Assembly (NCBI GenBank): GCA_946413945.1
Contig: CAMKMR010000001.1
Location: 1 to 34,140, forward strand
Length of the DNA: 34,140 nt
Reading direction: 5' to 3'
From: an uncultured Lachnospiraceae bacterium
GTDB taxonomy: Bacteria > Bacillota > Clostridia > Lachnospirales > Lachnospiraceae
The notes beneath the pieces are model-generated. The model made no database searches. It saw only the letters and a list, made by a program, of their open reading frames with translations, and was not told the DNA's origin. Numbering within the stretch: position 1 is the stretch's first letter; each line of letters opens with the position of its first letter. Below are positions 19,847 through 30,000 of this stretch, piece after piece. Both the position numbers and the translations under genes were made by a program.

Positions 19847-20713
19847 ATGTTAGTATCAGCAGAGAAGATGCTTAAGGATGCCGTTGCAGGACACTACGCA
19901 GTAGCTCAGTTCAACATCAACAACCTTGAGTGGACAAAGTCAATCTTACTTGAGTGCCAGGAACTTCAGGCACCAGTTATCCTTGGTGTTTCAGAAGGTG
20001 CTGGAAAGTACATGACAGGTTATAAGACAGTTGCTGCTATGGTTAAGGCTATGGTTGAGTCTCTTGGAATCACAGTTCCTGTAGCTCTTCACCTTGATCA
20101 TGGTTCATATGAAGGAGCTAAGGCTTGTATCGAAGCTGGTTTCTCTTCAATCATGTTCGATGGTTCTTCACTTCCAATCGAAGAGAACATCGAGAAGACA
20201 AAAGAACTTATCGCTATCTGCAAGGAAAAGGGAATCTCTCTTGAAGCAGAAGTTGGTGGTATCGGTGGAGAAGAAGATGGCGTAGTTTCAACAGGTGAGT
20301 GCGCTGATCCTCAGGAATGTAAGGAAGTTAACGATCTTGGCCCTACAATGCTTGCTTGTGGTATTGGTAACATCCATGGTAAGTATCCAGAAAACTGGGC
20401 AGGTCTTCAGTTCGATGTTCTTTCAAACATCAAGGCAGTTACAGGTGATACTCCACTCGTTCTTCACGGTGGTTCAGGAATCCCTGATGAGCAGATCAAG
20501 AAAGCTATCGATATGGGTGTAGCTAAGGTAAATGTTAATACAGAGTGCCAGCTCGTGTTCGCAGCAGCTACAAGAAAGTATATTGAAGAAGGCAAAGATC
20601 AGCAGGGTAAGGGTTACGATCCTCGTAAGCTTCTTGCACCTGGTGCTCAGGCTATCAGAGATGAAGTTAAGAACAGACTTGAAGTTTTCGGTTCAATCGG
20701 AAAAGCTAACTAG
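19847..20713 (+). CDS. fba: class II fructose-1,6-bisphosphate aldolase
   Basis: FNINNLE, VALHLDHG, MFDGS, GNIHGKY, LVLHGGSG, KVNVNT, DPRKLL; codon bias like a highly expressed gene. Confidence 0.97.
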   Translation: MLVSAEKMLKDAVAGHYAVAQFNINNLEWTKSILLECQELQAPVILGVSEGAGKYMTGYKTVAAMVKAMVESLGITVPVALHLDHGSYEGAKACIEAGFSSIMFDGSSLPIEENIEKTKELIAICKEKGISLEAEVGGIGGEEDGVVSTGECADPQECKEVNDLGPTMLACGIGNIHGKYPENWAGLQFDVLSNIKAVTGDTPLVLHGGSGIPDEQIKKAIDMGVAKVNVNTECQLVFAAATRKYIEEGKDQQGKGYDPRKLLAPGAQAIRDEVKNRLEVFGSIGKAN

Positions 20714-20736
20714 TTTTTAAACTGATATGATTATTT

Positions 20737-20769
20737 GGAGAGATGCAGTTTTATGTGTCTCTCTTTTTT
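20737..20769 (+). terminator. intrinsic terminator after fba
   Basis: GGAGAGATGCA / TGTGTCTCTCT stem (with G-U pairs) plus T run. Confidence 0.8.
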
Positions 20770-20875
20770 ATTTAGATTACTACTGACAATGTGGGCTATA
20801 GAGCTGGAAAATATATGGAAACCTGATAATGCAAAATGCTGATAACTGATTGGGGCTGATTGGGTTATAAAAATG

Positions 20876-20927
20876 TTGACAGGAAACTTTTTGGGGGATA
20901 AAATGAAAATGTGAACAAAATGTGTTC
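20876..20927 (+). promoter_or_regulatory. islet promoter with operator-like palindrome
   Basis: TTGACA (20876-20881), 17 nt, TAAAAT (20899-20904); inverted repeat GAACA-N5-TGTTC (20913-20927). Confidence 0.7.
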
Positions 20928-20949
20928 TAAATGAAAGAGGAGGAAGGTT

Positions 20950-21148
20950 ATGAAAAAAAGATTTTTTCTGTTACTTTATTAATTGTTCTCGTGTTCTCAT
21001 TTGCGTTTCCGGTATGTGCTGCGACGCATAGATATAGTAGAGATATTGTTATGCAAAGTTAGTGGTTAGGGATAATGCTATGAGCGTTCATTCGTTAAAA
21101 TATTCTAATGGGGCGCCAGTGGGCGTGACTAAGAGGTTGTATAGGTAA
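20950..21148 (+). pseudogene. frameshifted small secreted-peptide gene
   Basis: GAGGAGG RBS then ATG 20950 gives only MKKRFFLLLY*; changing the A7 tract restores MKK(K)IFSVTLLIVLVFSFAFPVCA-ATHRYS, a Sec-type signal peptide; a third frame (21041-21148) reads RYCYAKLVVRDNAMSVHSLKYSNGAPVGVTKRLYR*. Confidence 0.6.
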
Positions 21149-21163
21149 TAAAAGGCATTTGAA

Positions 21164-21667
21164 ATGAAAAAAAAGATAATTTTATGCAGTGTTATTTTAA
21201 TAATAGCTTTGATTGCGTTTTACCTGACCAGATCTGAATGGAAAAATTTTTCTGGTTCTGATGGGCACTTTAGTAAGGAAACCTATTTGGAGTACGGTTA
21301 TAGTGAAGTTAGACTGGGACCGAATTATAAGATGAAAATTTCATGTATCATAAATTCCGGCAAAACTAAACTTCAAATTGCAAAAGGTGATGCGGATATA
21401 GTGCCTTCAGATTTTGAAAAGAATATTGTTTTCGAAAAAGAGTTTGATGAGAGCTTTGATGAATGGGTTATTACGCCAGAGTCAGGGCTTGAAGAAGGGA
21501 ATTATGTTGTACATTGGGAATTAGAAGGCGATGATATTGATATTATCATGAAGGAAGATAGATATAAGAAAATCTATAATTATCAAGTAGTGTGGGATGA
21601 TATTAAAGAGTTTTATTGTTTAAATATACAGCATAAAGAAATGTACATAAGTGATCTATATAAATAA
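21164..21667 (+). CDS. hypothetical membrane-anchored or exported protein
   Basis: 167 aa; MKKK plus hydrophobic N-terminus, acidic soluble domain; operon context. Confidence 0.75.
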   Translation: MKKKIILCSVILIIALIAFYLTRSEWKNFSGSDGHFSKETYLEYGYSEVRLGPNYKMKISCIINSGKTKLQIAKGDADIVPSDFEKNIVFEKEFDESFDEWVITPESGLEEGNYVVHWELEGDDIDIIMKEDRYKKIYNYQVVWDDIKEFYCLNIQHKEMYISDLYK

Positions 21668-21690
21668 TGTATTGAAGATGCGGAAAGGAA

Positions 21691-22761
21691 ATGGATGATA
21701 AAGTGATATATATAAAAAAAATATTTAGATATCGCTTCTCGTCGCTTTGTATTTTGATCTGTATTATTTTTTCATGTATAGGAATGTATTTTGGCGTGGT
21801 TTTTACCAGAAATGCATTGTATGAAATGAAAGATAATGAAAAATTTGGATACAACTCTGAAACCAATTTCGGGGTTGTATCTGATTTTTTTTTCGATGAT
21901 TTAGAGAAAATAAGTGATAAAAAAGTAAATCTTTTAGTGACAGGGTTAGAGATCATAAATGATACAAGTAATAAGACTCTTCTGGTTGATTGTATAATCA
22001 GTATATATGACAGTAAACTACCGGTAAGTAATGAAATATTAAAAGAAGGTCTAGGTAAAAAGGCTGTTGTTTTAGGAAGAAATAATGAAAAAAATATCAT
22101 TGAAGAAAATGGGGAAAAATATTATCTTGTTTTTGGGGAAAAATATAAGGTATTGGCATTCCTCGAAACAACTGATAGTGGTATTTATGATGATTCTACA
22201 TTTATTTTTTATAATCCACATATAGCAAATTATATAAAACAAAGTCTGAGTGACGGACAGCAGATCAATCTTTGCCTAGAAAGTGATGTCGTTGATACAG
22301 GCAAGGTCTATCAGGAGATGTTTAGTGGAAAAAATGCTTTTTTGGATGTTTCAACTTCTTTTACTAAAGATACAAATAAACCATTTATGTATGAGAATTG
22401 GATTGCGATACTGATCGTGATTTTTTGCAATATCAATATTGCATTTATGACTAAGTTCTGGATCGATCAGAGAAAAGAAGAGATAGGAATATTATCTATT
22501 TTTGGTTACAGTAAAAAAATGATAAGAAAAAAGATATTATATGAGTTTCTTTTTCTTATTGTTTTAGGTGATTTAATATCAGTTTTTTTGATCTTATTAA
22601 TCTATAAACTTATTACTGAACTGATCATCGATTATCACCTGTATTTTAATTTGAAAAATTTTATATATACATTACTTGCAATAGTCGCAGTAGCTACAGG
22701 AGTTTTTCTGCCAGTTCTTGAGAAATTCTTGAGGATGAAATTTAAGGAGTTTAAAAGGTGA
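21691..22761 (+). CDS. ABC transporter permease (FtsX/MacB-like)
   Basis: One N-terminal TM, large extracellular loop, three C-terminal TMs, RKEEIGILSIFGYS motif. Confidence 0.8.
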   Translation: MDDKVIYIKKIFRYRFSSLCILICIIFSCIGMYFGVVFTRNALYEMKDNEKFGYNSETNFGVVSDFFFDDLEKISDKKVNLLVTGLEIINDTSNKTLLVDCIISIYDSKLPVSNEILKEGLGKKAVVLGRNNEKNIIEENGEKYYLVFGEKYKVLAFLETTDSGIYDDSTFIFYNPHIANYIKQSLSDGQQINLCLESDVVDTGKVYQEMFSGKNAFLDVSTSFTKDTNKPFMYENWIAILIVIFCNINIAFMTKFWIDQRKEEIGILSIFGYSKKMIRKKILYEFLFLIVLGDLISVFLILLIYKLITELIIDYHLYFNLKNFIYTLLAIVAVATGVFLPVLEKFLRMKFKEFKR

Positions 22762-22768
22762 TTGATAA

Positions 22769-23941
22769 ATGAGCATTTTGGGAATAGTGAAATTGAGTTT
22801 AGATAAGATCTATAATAAAAAGATCAGATTTTTTATCACATCATTATTGGTGGTGATTTCTATCCTTTTGATGTTTAATGCTCTAAGTGCAATTGCTTCT
22901 TTAAGATATGAGATTTGGAATGTGAATAAAAAACTGGGGGATCATAGGGAAAAACTTTATAAGGTGAAATCTGACTTTATGACAAGAGATTTAAACTATT
23001 ATAATAATGCGTTTGATAAAGTTATTGATCTAAAGAATGAAGAAGGATGCATAAGTTATGAGATTACCAATACCCGGCTTACAGATGGGAAGATAGTCAG
23101 TGCTATCAGGACTGACAATAAATTTATTGAAATAATGGGTGTTAAAGATACTAATGGGGAAAATATCGTATTAAATAGTGATGGTGAATATAAAGAAGTC
23201 GCTATCGGCTACAAAATGGTTGAAAGAGGCTGGAAGCTGGGAACGGTTTTTGAAGATAATGAGTTACATCAAAAATATAAAGTGGCTTATATAATAAAAG
23301 AGGGGGAGGATTGGCTGCCTGATTCTTTGTTTCAAAACGACAAGTTCGTGGATCTTGATGATATGTTGCTGCTGCCTCAAGAAATAGAACATTACGAGAA
23401 TGGCTTCCCCATTATTTTGTGCAATAGACTGTTTTTTTATGGATCTAAGGAAGAAGTAAAAAACTTTAATGATAAGATTGAAAATTTAAGAAATCAGAAT
23501 GTTTACTTTGAATGTATTTCTTTTGATGATTATGAAAAAGAAAGCAACAAGACTAACTATAATATATGGATATTAAATATTGTATTGAGTATAATCTCTG
23601 TACTTCTTATGATCATGGCTTTGTTTATTTCATTTTCTCTTGGCTGGCTTGAGGATAGTGGAGAATTTGGTATTTTTCTTGCGAATGGCCTTTCGATGAG
23701 AGATATATGCTTAATGATGCAGACAGATATGATGGTCAGAGCGCTTATTCCTATTGCAATTTCCTATTTGTTTTTATTTTTAAAAGGAGATTTTACTTCT
23801 CTTTATGGGAATACAAATAAGAATATTTTTATGGTGATCACTATTAGTTTGATAGTTATAGTTCAAATGTTTACGTTCGCTATGTATAAGTGGATAAAAG
23901 CAAATAAAGTAATCAGGATGATGAAAGAAGGCACAGTTTGA
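22769..23941 (+). CDS. ABC transporter permease (FtsX/MacB-like)
   Basis: Same 1+3 TM topology; EFGIFLANGLS motif. Confidence 0.8.
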   Translation: MSILGIVKLSLDKIYNKKIRFFITSLLVVISILLMFNALSAIASLRYEIWNVNKKLGDHREKLYKVKSDFMTRDLNYYNNAFDKVIDLKNEEGCISYEITNTRLTDGKIVSAIRTDNKFIEIMGVKDTNGENIVLNSDGEYKEVAIGYKMVERGWKLGTVFEDNELHQKYKVAYIIKEGEDWLPDSLFQNDKFVDLDDMLLLPQEIEHYENGFPIILCNRLFFYGSKEEVKNFNDKIENLRNQNVYFECISFDDYEKESNKTNYNIWILNIVLSIISVLLMIMALFISFSLGWLEDSGEFGIFLANGLSMRDICLMMQTDMMVRALIPIAISYLFLFLKGDFTSLYGNTNKNIFMVITISLIVIVQMFTFAMYKWIKANKVIRMMKEGTV

Positions 23942-24597
23942 TAAGGTTAGAAAATGTAAAAAAAGTATATAAAGTAAATAGTGTAGATGAAGTAGCTGTT
24001 GCAGATTTAACAATGGATATTAAGGATGGAGAATTCATAGGCGTTATTGGACCTTCAGGTTCGGGCAAAAGTACTCTTCTTAATTGTATCGGTATGCTGG
24101 ATGAATTTTCTTGCGGCAGATATTTTCTGAATGATGAGGATGTTACTCATTTAAGTGAAAATATAAGATCAAGGATAAGGAAAAATACTTTTAGTTTTAT
24201 TTTCCAGAATTTTGAATTGATCAAAAGGTATACTGTGTATGAAAATATAGAGGTTCCATTGCTGGCAAAAAAAATAAAAGAGAGGAAAAAGATAATAGAT
24301 GATAAGGCTGAAATGCTTGGAATAGGAAATCTATTAAACAAATATCCTTATCAGATCTCTGGAGGGGAACAACAGAGAGCGGCCATAGTAAGGGCACTTG
24401 TTATGGATAATCCATTTATACTGGCAGATGAGCCTACGGGAGCTTTAGATAAAGCTAATTCGAGTGAATTTATGAAGATAATGCATACTATAAATGATAA
24501 CGGAAAAACAATCCTTATGGTGACGCATAATCTGGAATTGGCAAAAGAGTGTGATAAAATTATAGAATTAAGTTATGGAGAAGAAGTAATAAAATAA
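23938..24597 (+). CDS. ABC transporter ATP-binding protein (LolD/MacB type)
   Basis: GPSGSGKS, IFQNFELI, ISGGEQQR, ILADEPTGALD, VTH; TTG start overlaps the upstream stop. Confidence 0.95.
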   Translation: MIRLENVKKVYKVNSVDEVAVADLTMDIKDGEFIGVIGPSGSGKSTLLNCIGMLDEFSCGRYFLNDEDVTHLSENIRSRIRKNTFSFIFQNFELIKRYTVYENIEVPLLAKKIKERKKIIDDKAEMLGIGNLLNKYPYQISGGEQQRAAIVRALVMDNPFILADEPTGALDKANSSEFMKIMHTINDNGKTILMVTHNLELAKECDKIIELSYGEEVIK

Positions 24598-24605
24598 GGG
24601 TTGGT

Positions 24606-24640
24606 AAAAGAGAGACGATTAAGAATGAGTCTCTCTTTTT
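24606..24640 (+). terminator. intrinsic terminator ending the ABC islet
   Basis: AAAAGAGAGAC / GTCTCTCTTTT stem. Confidence 0.8.
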
Positions 24641-24655
24641 AGTTGTACCAAACTA

Positions 24656-24664
24656 TGCTATAAT
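24656..24664 (+). promoter_or_regulatory. extended -10 promoter for the SMC operon
   Basis: TGCTATAAT; no clear -35. Confidence 0.5.
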
Positions 24665-24740
24665 AAAATGATTATGTCTAGCCTAAAGGTCGGGTTAGAG
24701 AACGGGTGGGCGATAGGCTTTTTATCATTACACTTACTAC

Positions 24741-26327
24741 ATGGATCAAGAGGAAAAAGAAGTGGCAGAGAATCACGTATTAATTGATGATATCTTAAAG
24801 AATCAGTCTGAAAGAATGATGAACTTAAGAAAGTTCTATCCATTCTTTAGTTTATATGAAACATCATTTTCGCAATATAAGGATGGAAAATATCAGAGTC
24901 TGGATATGGCATATCTGACTCTTTCTTTGCTGCGCTTTTTTATAAACGAGAATAGTTTTAATGAAAATGATGTGACTTATGAGATGGTGGAAGATTTTTT
25001 AAAGAAGATTTTAAGGAGAGACTTTGAACTTAAGGAATCAGAGACGGAAGAACAGGAACTTATAAGATATATCTTTGATAAGATAAGAAATGATGGAAGG
25101 CCTTTTAGCTTTAATTTCTTTGATCCTGAAACAAAGAAGAATAAGACTTCCTACGTGAAGCTTATCGAATCAACTGTTAAAGATGAAAGTGTAATCTACC
25201 GAATTACAGCTGATGGTATTGAGTTCTTTCTTTCTACAAAGGAAGTTAAGGATGAAAGCCCGCTTACAACTGAACAGCTCCTGCTTGAAAAGATGATAAA
25301 GTCTGAAAACTTTAAGGGTGGTATAGATGTGATAAGACGTATGAACCTTGAGGTTAAAAGACTTAAGGACAAGAGGGAGGATGTAATAAGAAGCCTTCTT
25401 AGGGATATTTATGAGGGAACGGAAGCTGCGAAAAATTATATGGAGAGTACTTCTGTATGGTTTGAGGAGGAAAGAAAGCATTTTGCTAAGAATAAATTGC
25501 TGGTTGATAAGGCGGTGGCAAGGCTTGCTGCGGGCCATGATACAAAGGTCATAAGAGATGTGGCAGTTTTAGAAACCGAATTAAAGAAGACGATAGAGAG
25601 CCACAGCGAACTTATTGCTGCTACTGCAGAACTTTCAAGACTTACTGATGAGATAGTTGAAAGGTCAAAGTTAAATCAGTTAAGACCAGTATTTGATTTT
25701 TCAAATGCCCTGCTTCTTATGGAGAAAAATGACAGACCTTGTGATATGGCACATATATTTATGCCTTTCTTAAGACCTCGTATCGAGAAATCTTTCTCTG
25801 CTTCATTAGTAGATAATATCATGACTTCTAAAAATGATAATGATATTAAGGGTGAAATAAGAGAAAATAAGCCGGCGGATCTTCACTTTGAATATGAAGA
25901 TGAAAAAATGTCCAGAACTGTTGGAAAGAACTTAGCTTATCTTTTTAAAGAGCTGCTGGATAGACTCTTAAGGTGGGATAAGGTAACTCTTCCGGAGTTA
26001 AATGCTATATTAGAGATAAAATTTGGCAAGGAAATATATGAGAACAGAGACTATTACGCCTTTCTTGTACATCTCGCAAAAAAGGATTCTTATAGCATGA
26101 AGATAATGAAAGAGGAGACAGAGACATTTTTGGAAAAAATGGCCTGGGATACTATGACCGAGTCAGATAAAGAATTATATAAGGATATAAGTTTTACAAT
26201 AGAATTTATGGATGATGAGATAGTGATAAGAGATAGGGATGAGGAAACTTATGCTGATCAGGCTTTTCTTATCCGCAATATGACATTCCATAGAACAGGG
26301 AAGGAGAGTAGAAAAGATGGAAGATAA
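24741..26327 (+). CDS. jetA: Wadjet type III JetA-like (MukF/kleisin-like) subunit; true start probably GTG 24762
   Basis: About 520 aa; winged-helix-like YRITADGIEF followed by long helical region; first of three overlapping genes ending in an SMC ATPase; AGAGGA RBS precedes GTG 24762. Confidence 0.65.
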   Translation: MDQEEKEVAENHVLIDDILKNQSERMMNLRKFYPFFSLYETSFSQYKDGKYQSLDMAYLTLSLLRFFINENSFNENDVTYEMVEDFLKKILRRDFELKESETEEQELIRYIFDKIRNDGRPFSFNFFDPETKKNKTSYVKLIESTVKDESVIYRITADGIEFFLSTKEVKDESPLTTEQLLLEKMIKSENFKGGIDVIRRMNLEVKRLKDKREDVIRSLLRDIYEGTEAAKNYMESTSVWFEEERKHFAKNKLLVDKAVARLAAGHDTKVIRDVAVLETELKKTIESHSELIAATAELSRLTDEIVERSKLNQLRPVFDFSNALLLMEKNDRPCDMAHIFMPFLRPRIEKSFSASLVDNIMTSKNDNDIKGEIRENKPADLHFEYEDEKMSRTVGKNLAYLFKELLDRLLRWDKVTLPELNAILEIKFGKEIYENRDYYAFLVHLAKKDSYSMKIMKEETETFLEKMAWDTMTESDKELYKDISFTIEFMDDEIVIRDRDEETYADQAFLIRNMTFHRTGKESRKDGR

Positions 26328-27033
26328 AAGTCTTGAAAAGGCATTGGAGATATACAGTGCCCTTATAACAGGTAAGATTGTTTCAAAACAAAATAAAGAA
26401 ACAAGAGATCTTTATAATGATTTCTACTCAGATTCTCTTGTTTATGAAATAACTGTTAAGTTGTTAAAAAGCCTCAACTTAAATCTTTATGAGTATAATG
26501 ATTCTATATTCATTTCGGCAGGGGATGGAAATAAAGTTTTTGGGTATACAAATGATGATCTTAAAAAAACTATGGGCCTAAAATTAAATAAGGAACTTTT
26601 TCTGGTTTATTTTATCATTTATCAGGCACTGCTTTATTTCTACACAGATTCAAGTACTTATCAGATAAAGGAATATCTTAAGTTAGATGAACTTATTAAG
26701 CTTGTCAGCCAGGCTGCAGACAGGATTGCTAAGGAAGATGAGATCTTTGAAAAAGATGAGGATAATTCAAGGGGAACATTTAGAAATATAGCTCTTTTCT
26801 GGCATGAGCTTCCAACAGCCACAAGTGAGGATAAGGATAGAAATAAGGCTTCGAGAGGATCTAAACTTGGTTTTGTAAAGCTTACATTTAATTTTCTTTC
26901 GGAGGAGAAGCTTTTTAACTGCGTAGATGATAGATTTTATCCTACAGACAGGTTTAGGGCTATAGCCGAGAATTATTTTGAAGAATACAAGGGTAAGGTC
27001 TATGCCCTGCTCGGAGGTGCTGAAAATGCCTAG
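26317..27033 (+). CDS. jetB: Wadjet type III JetB-like (MukE/KITE-like, DUF6063-like) subunit
   Basis: 238 aa; overlaps both neighbours; FGYTNDDLK and C-terminal RFYPTDRF wing-like segment; position between kleisin-like and SMC genes. Confidence 0.65.
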   Translation: MEDKSLEKALEIYSALITGKIVSKQNKETRDLYNDFYSDSLVYEITVKLLKSLNLNLYEYNDSIFISAGDGNKVFGYTNDDLKKTMGLKLNKELFLVYFIIYQALLYFYTDSSTYQIKEYLKLDELIKLVSQAADRIAKEDEIFEKDEDNSRGTFRNIALFWHELPTATSEDKDRNKASRGSKLGFVKLTFNFLSEEKLFNCVDDRFYPTDRFRAIAENYFEEYKGKVYALLGGAENA

Positions 27034-30000
27034 TATTAACAGAATCAGAGTAAATAACGTTAAATATAACTTTGCGACTCAGATGTATGATGATTTTACC
27101 ATGCGCCTTTTTGGGAGAAATACACTTTATGATCTGGCTAATGGTGGAGGAAAGTCTGTGCTTATGCTGCTGCTTATGCAGTGTGTAATACCTAATTCTA
27201 CACTGGATGAAAAACAGCCTATTGAGAAACTTTTTAGAGAAAATTGTGGCAATAGCACAATCCATTCTCTTATCGAATGGAAACTTGATGAACCGGATAT
27301 TGCAGACGGATATAAGTATATGACTACGGGTTTCTGCGCCCGTAAATCAAGGGACAGGGATAATGACACTGAAAAGTCAGATGTGGCATCTGTGGATTAT
27401 TTTAACTATTGTATCTTTTACAGAGAATACAATAGAAATGATATCGTGAACCTTCCTTTAGTTAAGGATAATGAAAGGGTTTCTTATCAGGCCTTAAAAA
27501 ATTATCTTTTGGACCTTTCAAGAAGGGACAATAATCTTATCATCCAGGTTTTTGACAGAAAGGGTGAATATCAGAGGTTTATCTCAAAATACGGACTGCA
27601 TGACAGTCAGTGGGAGATAATCAGAGGTATTAATAAAACTGAGGGACATGTAAGAACCTATTTTGAAACAAATTATAAAACTACCCGTAAGGTTATAGAG
27701 GATCTGCTTATTGAGGAGATCATCGAAAAAGCCTATAGGGTTAAGACTAATAAAGATGAGGATAAAAAAGATTCTGCTGCGGATCTTCTTATGTCTATAA
27801 AAGACCAGCTTAAAGTCCTTGCGGAAAAGAAGAAGGATATTGCTGTTTTTGATCATGAGACAGAGCTTATCTCTCTTTTATATGACAGGATACTCTCTTT
27901 TAATGATCTTTATAAAGAAGAGGAAGAAGTGGCAAAGAAGCTGGGGGATATATATGTTACCGGCGAAGAGGAGCGAAAGAACGTGGAGGAATATCTCCTT
28001 TCTTTAAAGCAGGAAAAGGAAGAAGCTAAGGAGGCCCTGGTATTAAAAAGAGCCAGATTAGAGAATCTTAAGACTTCAAGAGATAAGAAGAGGCTTGAGA
28101 TGCTTTGTGAAAAAAGAGATATAGCGGCAGAAGAACTGGATAGAAATACTAATCTTCTTTCAAAAAAGACTAAAGAATTAAATGAGAATAAGGCTGCCAT
28201 CTATTTCCTTGAAATGCTGGCAGATAAGGAAAAATACGAAAAGGTAAAGGCGGAGTCTGAAGCTGAAACAGTAAAAAGTGATGAGGAATTTCTTGGCGTA
28301 GTAGCAGCACTTCATAAGATCTTTGTAGCGGAAAAAGGAAACTGCGAGGAAATGATAAAAGATCTTAATGAAAAAAATGCTATGCTTAAAGAGGCCGTTG
28401 AAAGAGATAAGAAGATCTTAGAGGAAGCCAGAGTAGGGGTTGCGGTTTCAGATAATAGTATAAATATCCTTGAAGAAGAAATAGAAAAACTTTCAAATGA
28501 TATAAGGGATAAAAGAGAAAGTCTTAACGAAGGATCATTTGATAAGACAGAAAATATAATAGAAAACAGAAGAAAAAAAGCAGAAGCGCTTAAGAGTGCC
28601 ATAAATAATAAAAACCTTTCTCTTGAACAGATTCATAAAGAGATAGATACATCCAAGGTGGATCTTAATGAATGCTCTGACAAGATCATCAGCCTTAACA
28701 AGGAGATTAAAGATTATGAGAGTAGATTAGAAATCTATAATAAAAATGAAGGCAAGCTTAAGGCGGTTAAAAATATCTATGCTGCAGAGGGGGATATTAC
28801 AGCGCTTCCTGAATATATCAGGGAGAAGACAAAGAAAGATATCATCCGTCTCGCAGATATAGAAAGAGAGATAAGAAAGAATAAATGCAGGCTTGAAGAG
28901 ATAAAGCGTGGCAGACTTATAAACTTGAGTAAGGATGCAGAAAAGATAATCGAATATATCACAACAAGACATGGCTCAACAGCTATGTTCGGGGCGGATT
29001 ATCTAAGCGCTGTTTCTACAGAGAGAAGAGCCGAACTTCTTTTAAATGAGCCTGCTATCCCATATTCGGTCATTGTGGAAAATTTTGATGAACTTATCAT
29101 GGATCCGGGGCTTACAGAAATGGCGACGCAGGAAGGTCAGGTGCTGATACTGGATAAAGAAAAGCTTGGAAAAAGTTGTGTCTCTACAGGAGACGGGGCT
29201 TTATTCATTAGAGCAGGTAAGGCGCATTTTCTGGATGAAAAGAAGGCAGCTAAGCTTATAGAAGAAGTTGAAGTAAAGATAAATGATCTAAGTAATGAGA
29301 GGGTATTTCTTTCTGATGCGCTGGAGACAGAAAAGGAAGACTTGGAATTTGTGCTTCGTACAGGTTCTAAAGAATTTGCCAATGCAAAAGAAGATATAAA
29401 GAATGCCGGCCTTTCATTAGAAAAGTTAAATGTAAAGGCGGATAAGATAAAGAGAAATATTGAAAATCTTAATAGTAAAGCTTCGGAGATCTCAGGACTT
29501 ATCGCTGAGGATGAGAAACGTTATAAGAATCTTACAGATGATATAGAGCTGCTGGAAAAGATTCGGGGAATTGAAATGGAACTGGGGCAGAAGGAAAAGC
29601 TTTTAAATGATACCAAGGAGGCCAGAAAGAGATTTGTTAAGGAGCTTGGTCTTGCCAGGGATAGATATGATGAAGAGCTTGCTGAAGAAGAAAAACTTAA
29701 AAATGCTCTTAGAGAAAGAACTGAGGAATTAAGACGCGTTTCTAAGGACTGGGAAGAGCATTATGAAAGCTATTACAGGGCTGGAGATTATCCTGAATAT
29801 AAAAGATCTAAGGAAGAGCTTATCTATAATTTTAGGGCTTATCTTGGAGAAGCTGGAATTGCGGCTCAGGATATGGAAAAGAATGCTCTGCTTTTAGATA
29901 CGCTTTTAAAGAGTATTGAAAGACAGAAGAACAGAATAAAAGAAAAGGGCGTCGATATTGCGTGGCTTGAAGAAGAAAAAAGAGCGGGCAGGCTGATTGC

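Noticed and set aside
20913-20927. Canonical LexA box at the islet promoter
   Set aside because: GAAC and GTTC are 7 nt apart rather than 4.
26978-27025. 16-aa N-terminal extension of the SMC ORF
   Set aside because: ATG 27026 has a GGAGGT RBS, overlaps the upstream stop and gives a typical first beta-strand (MPSINRIRVNN).
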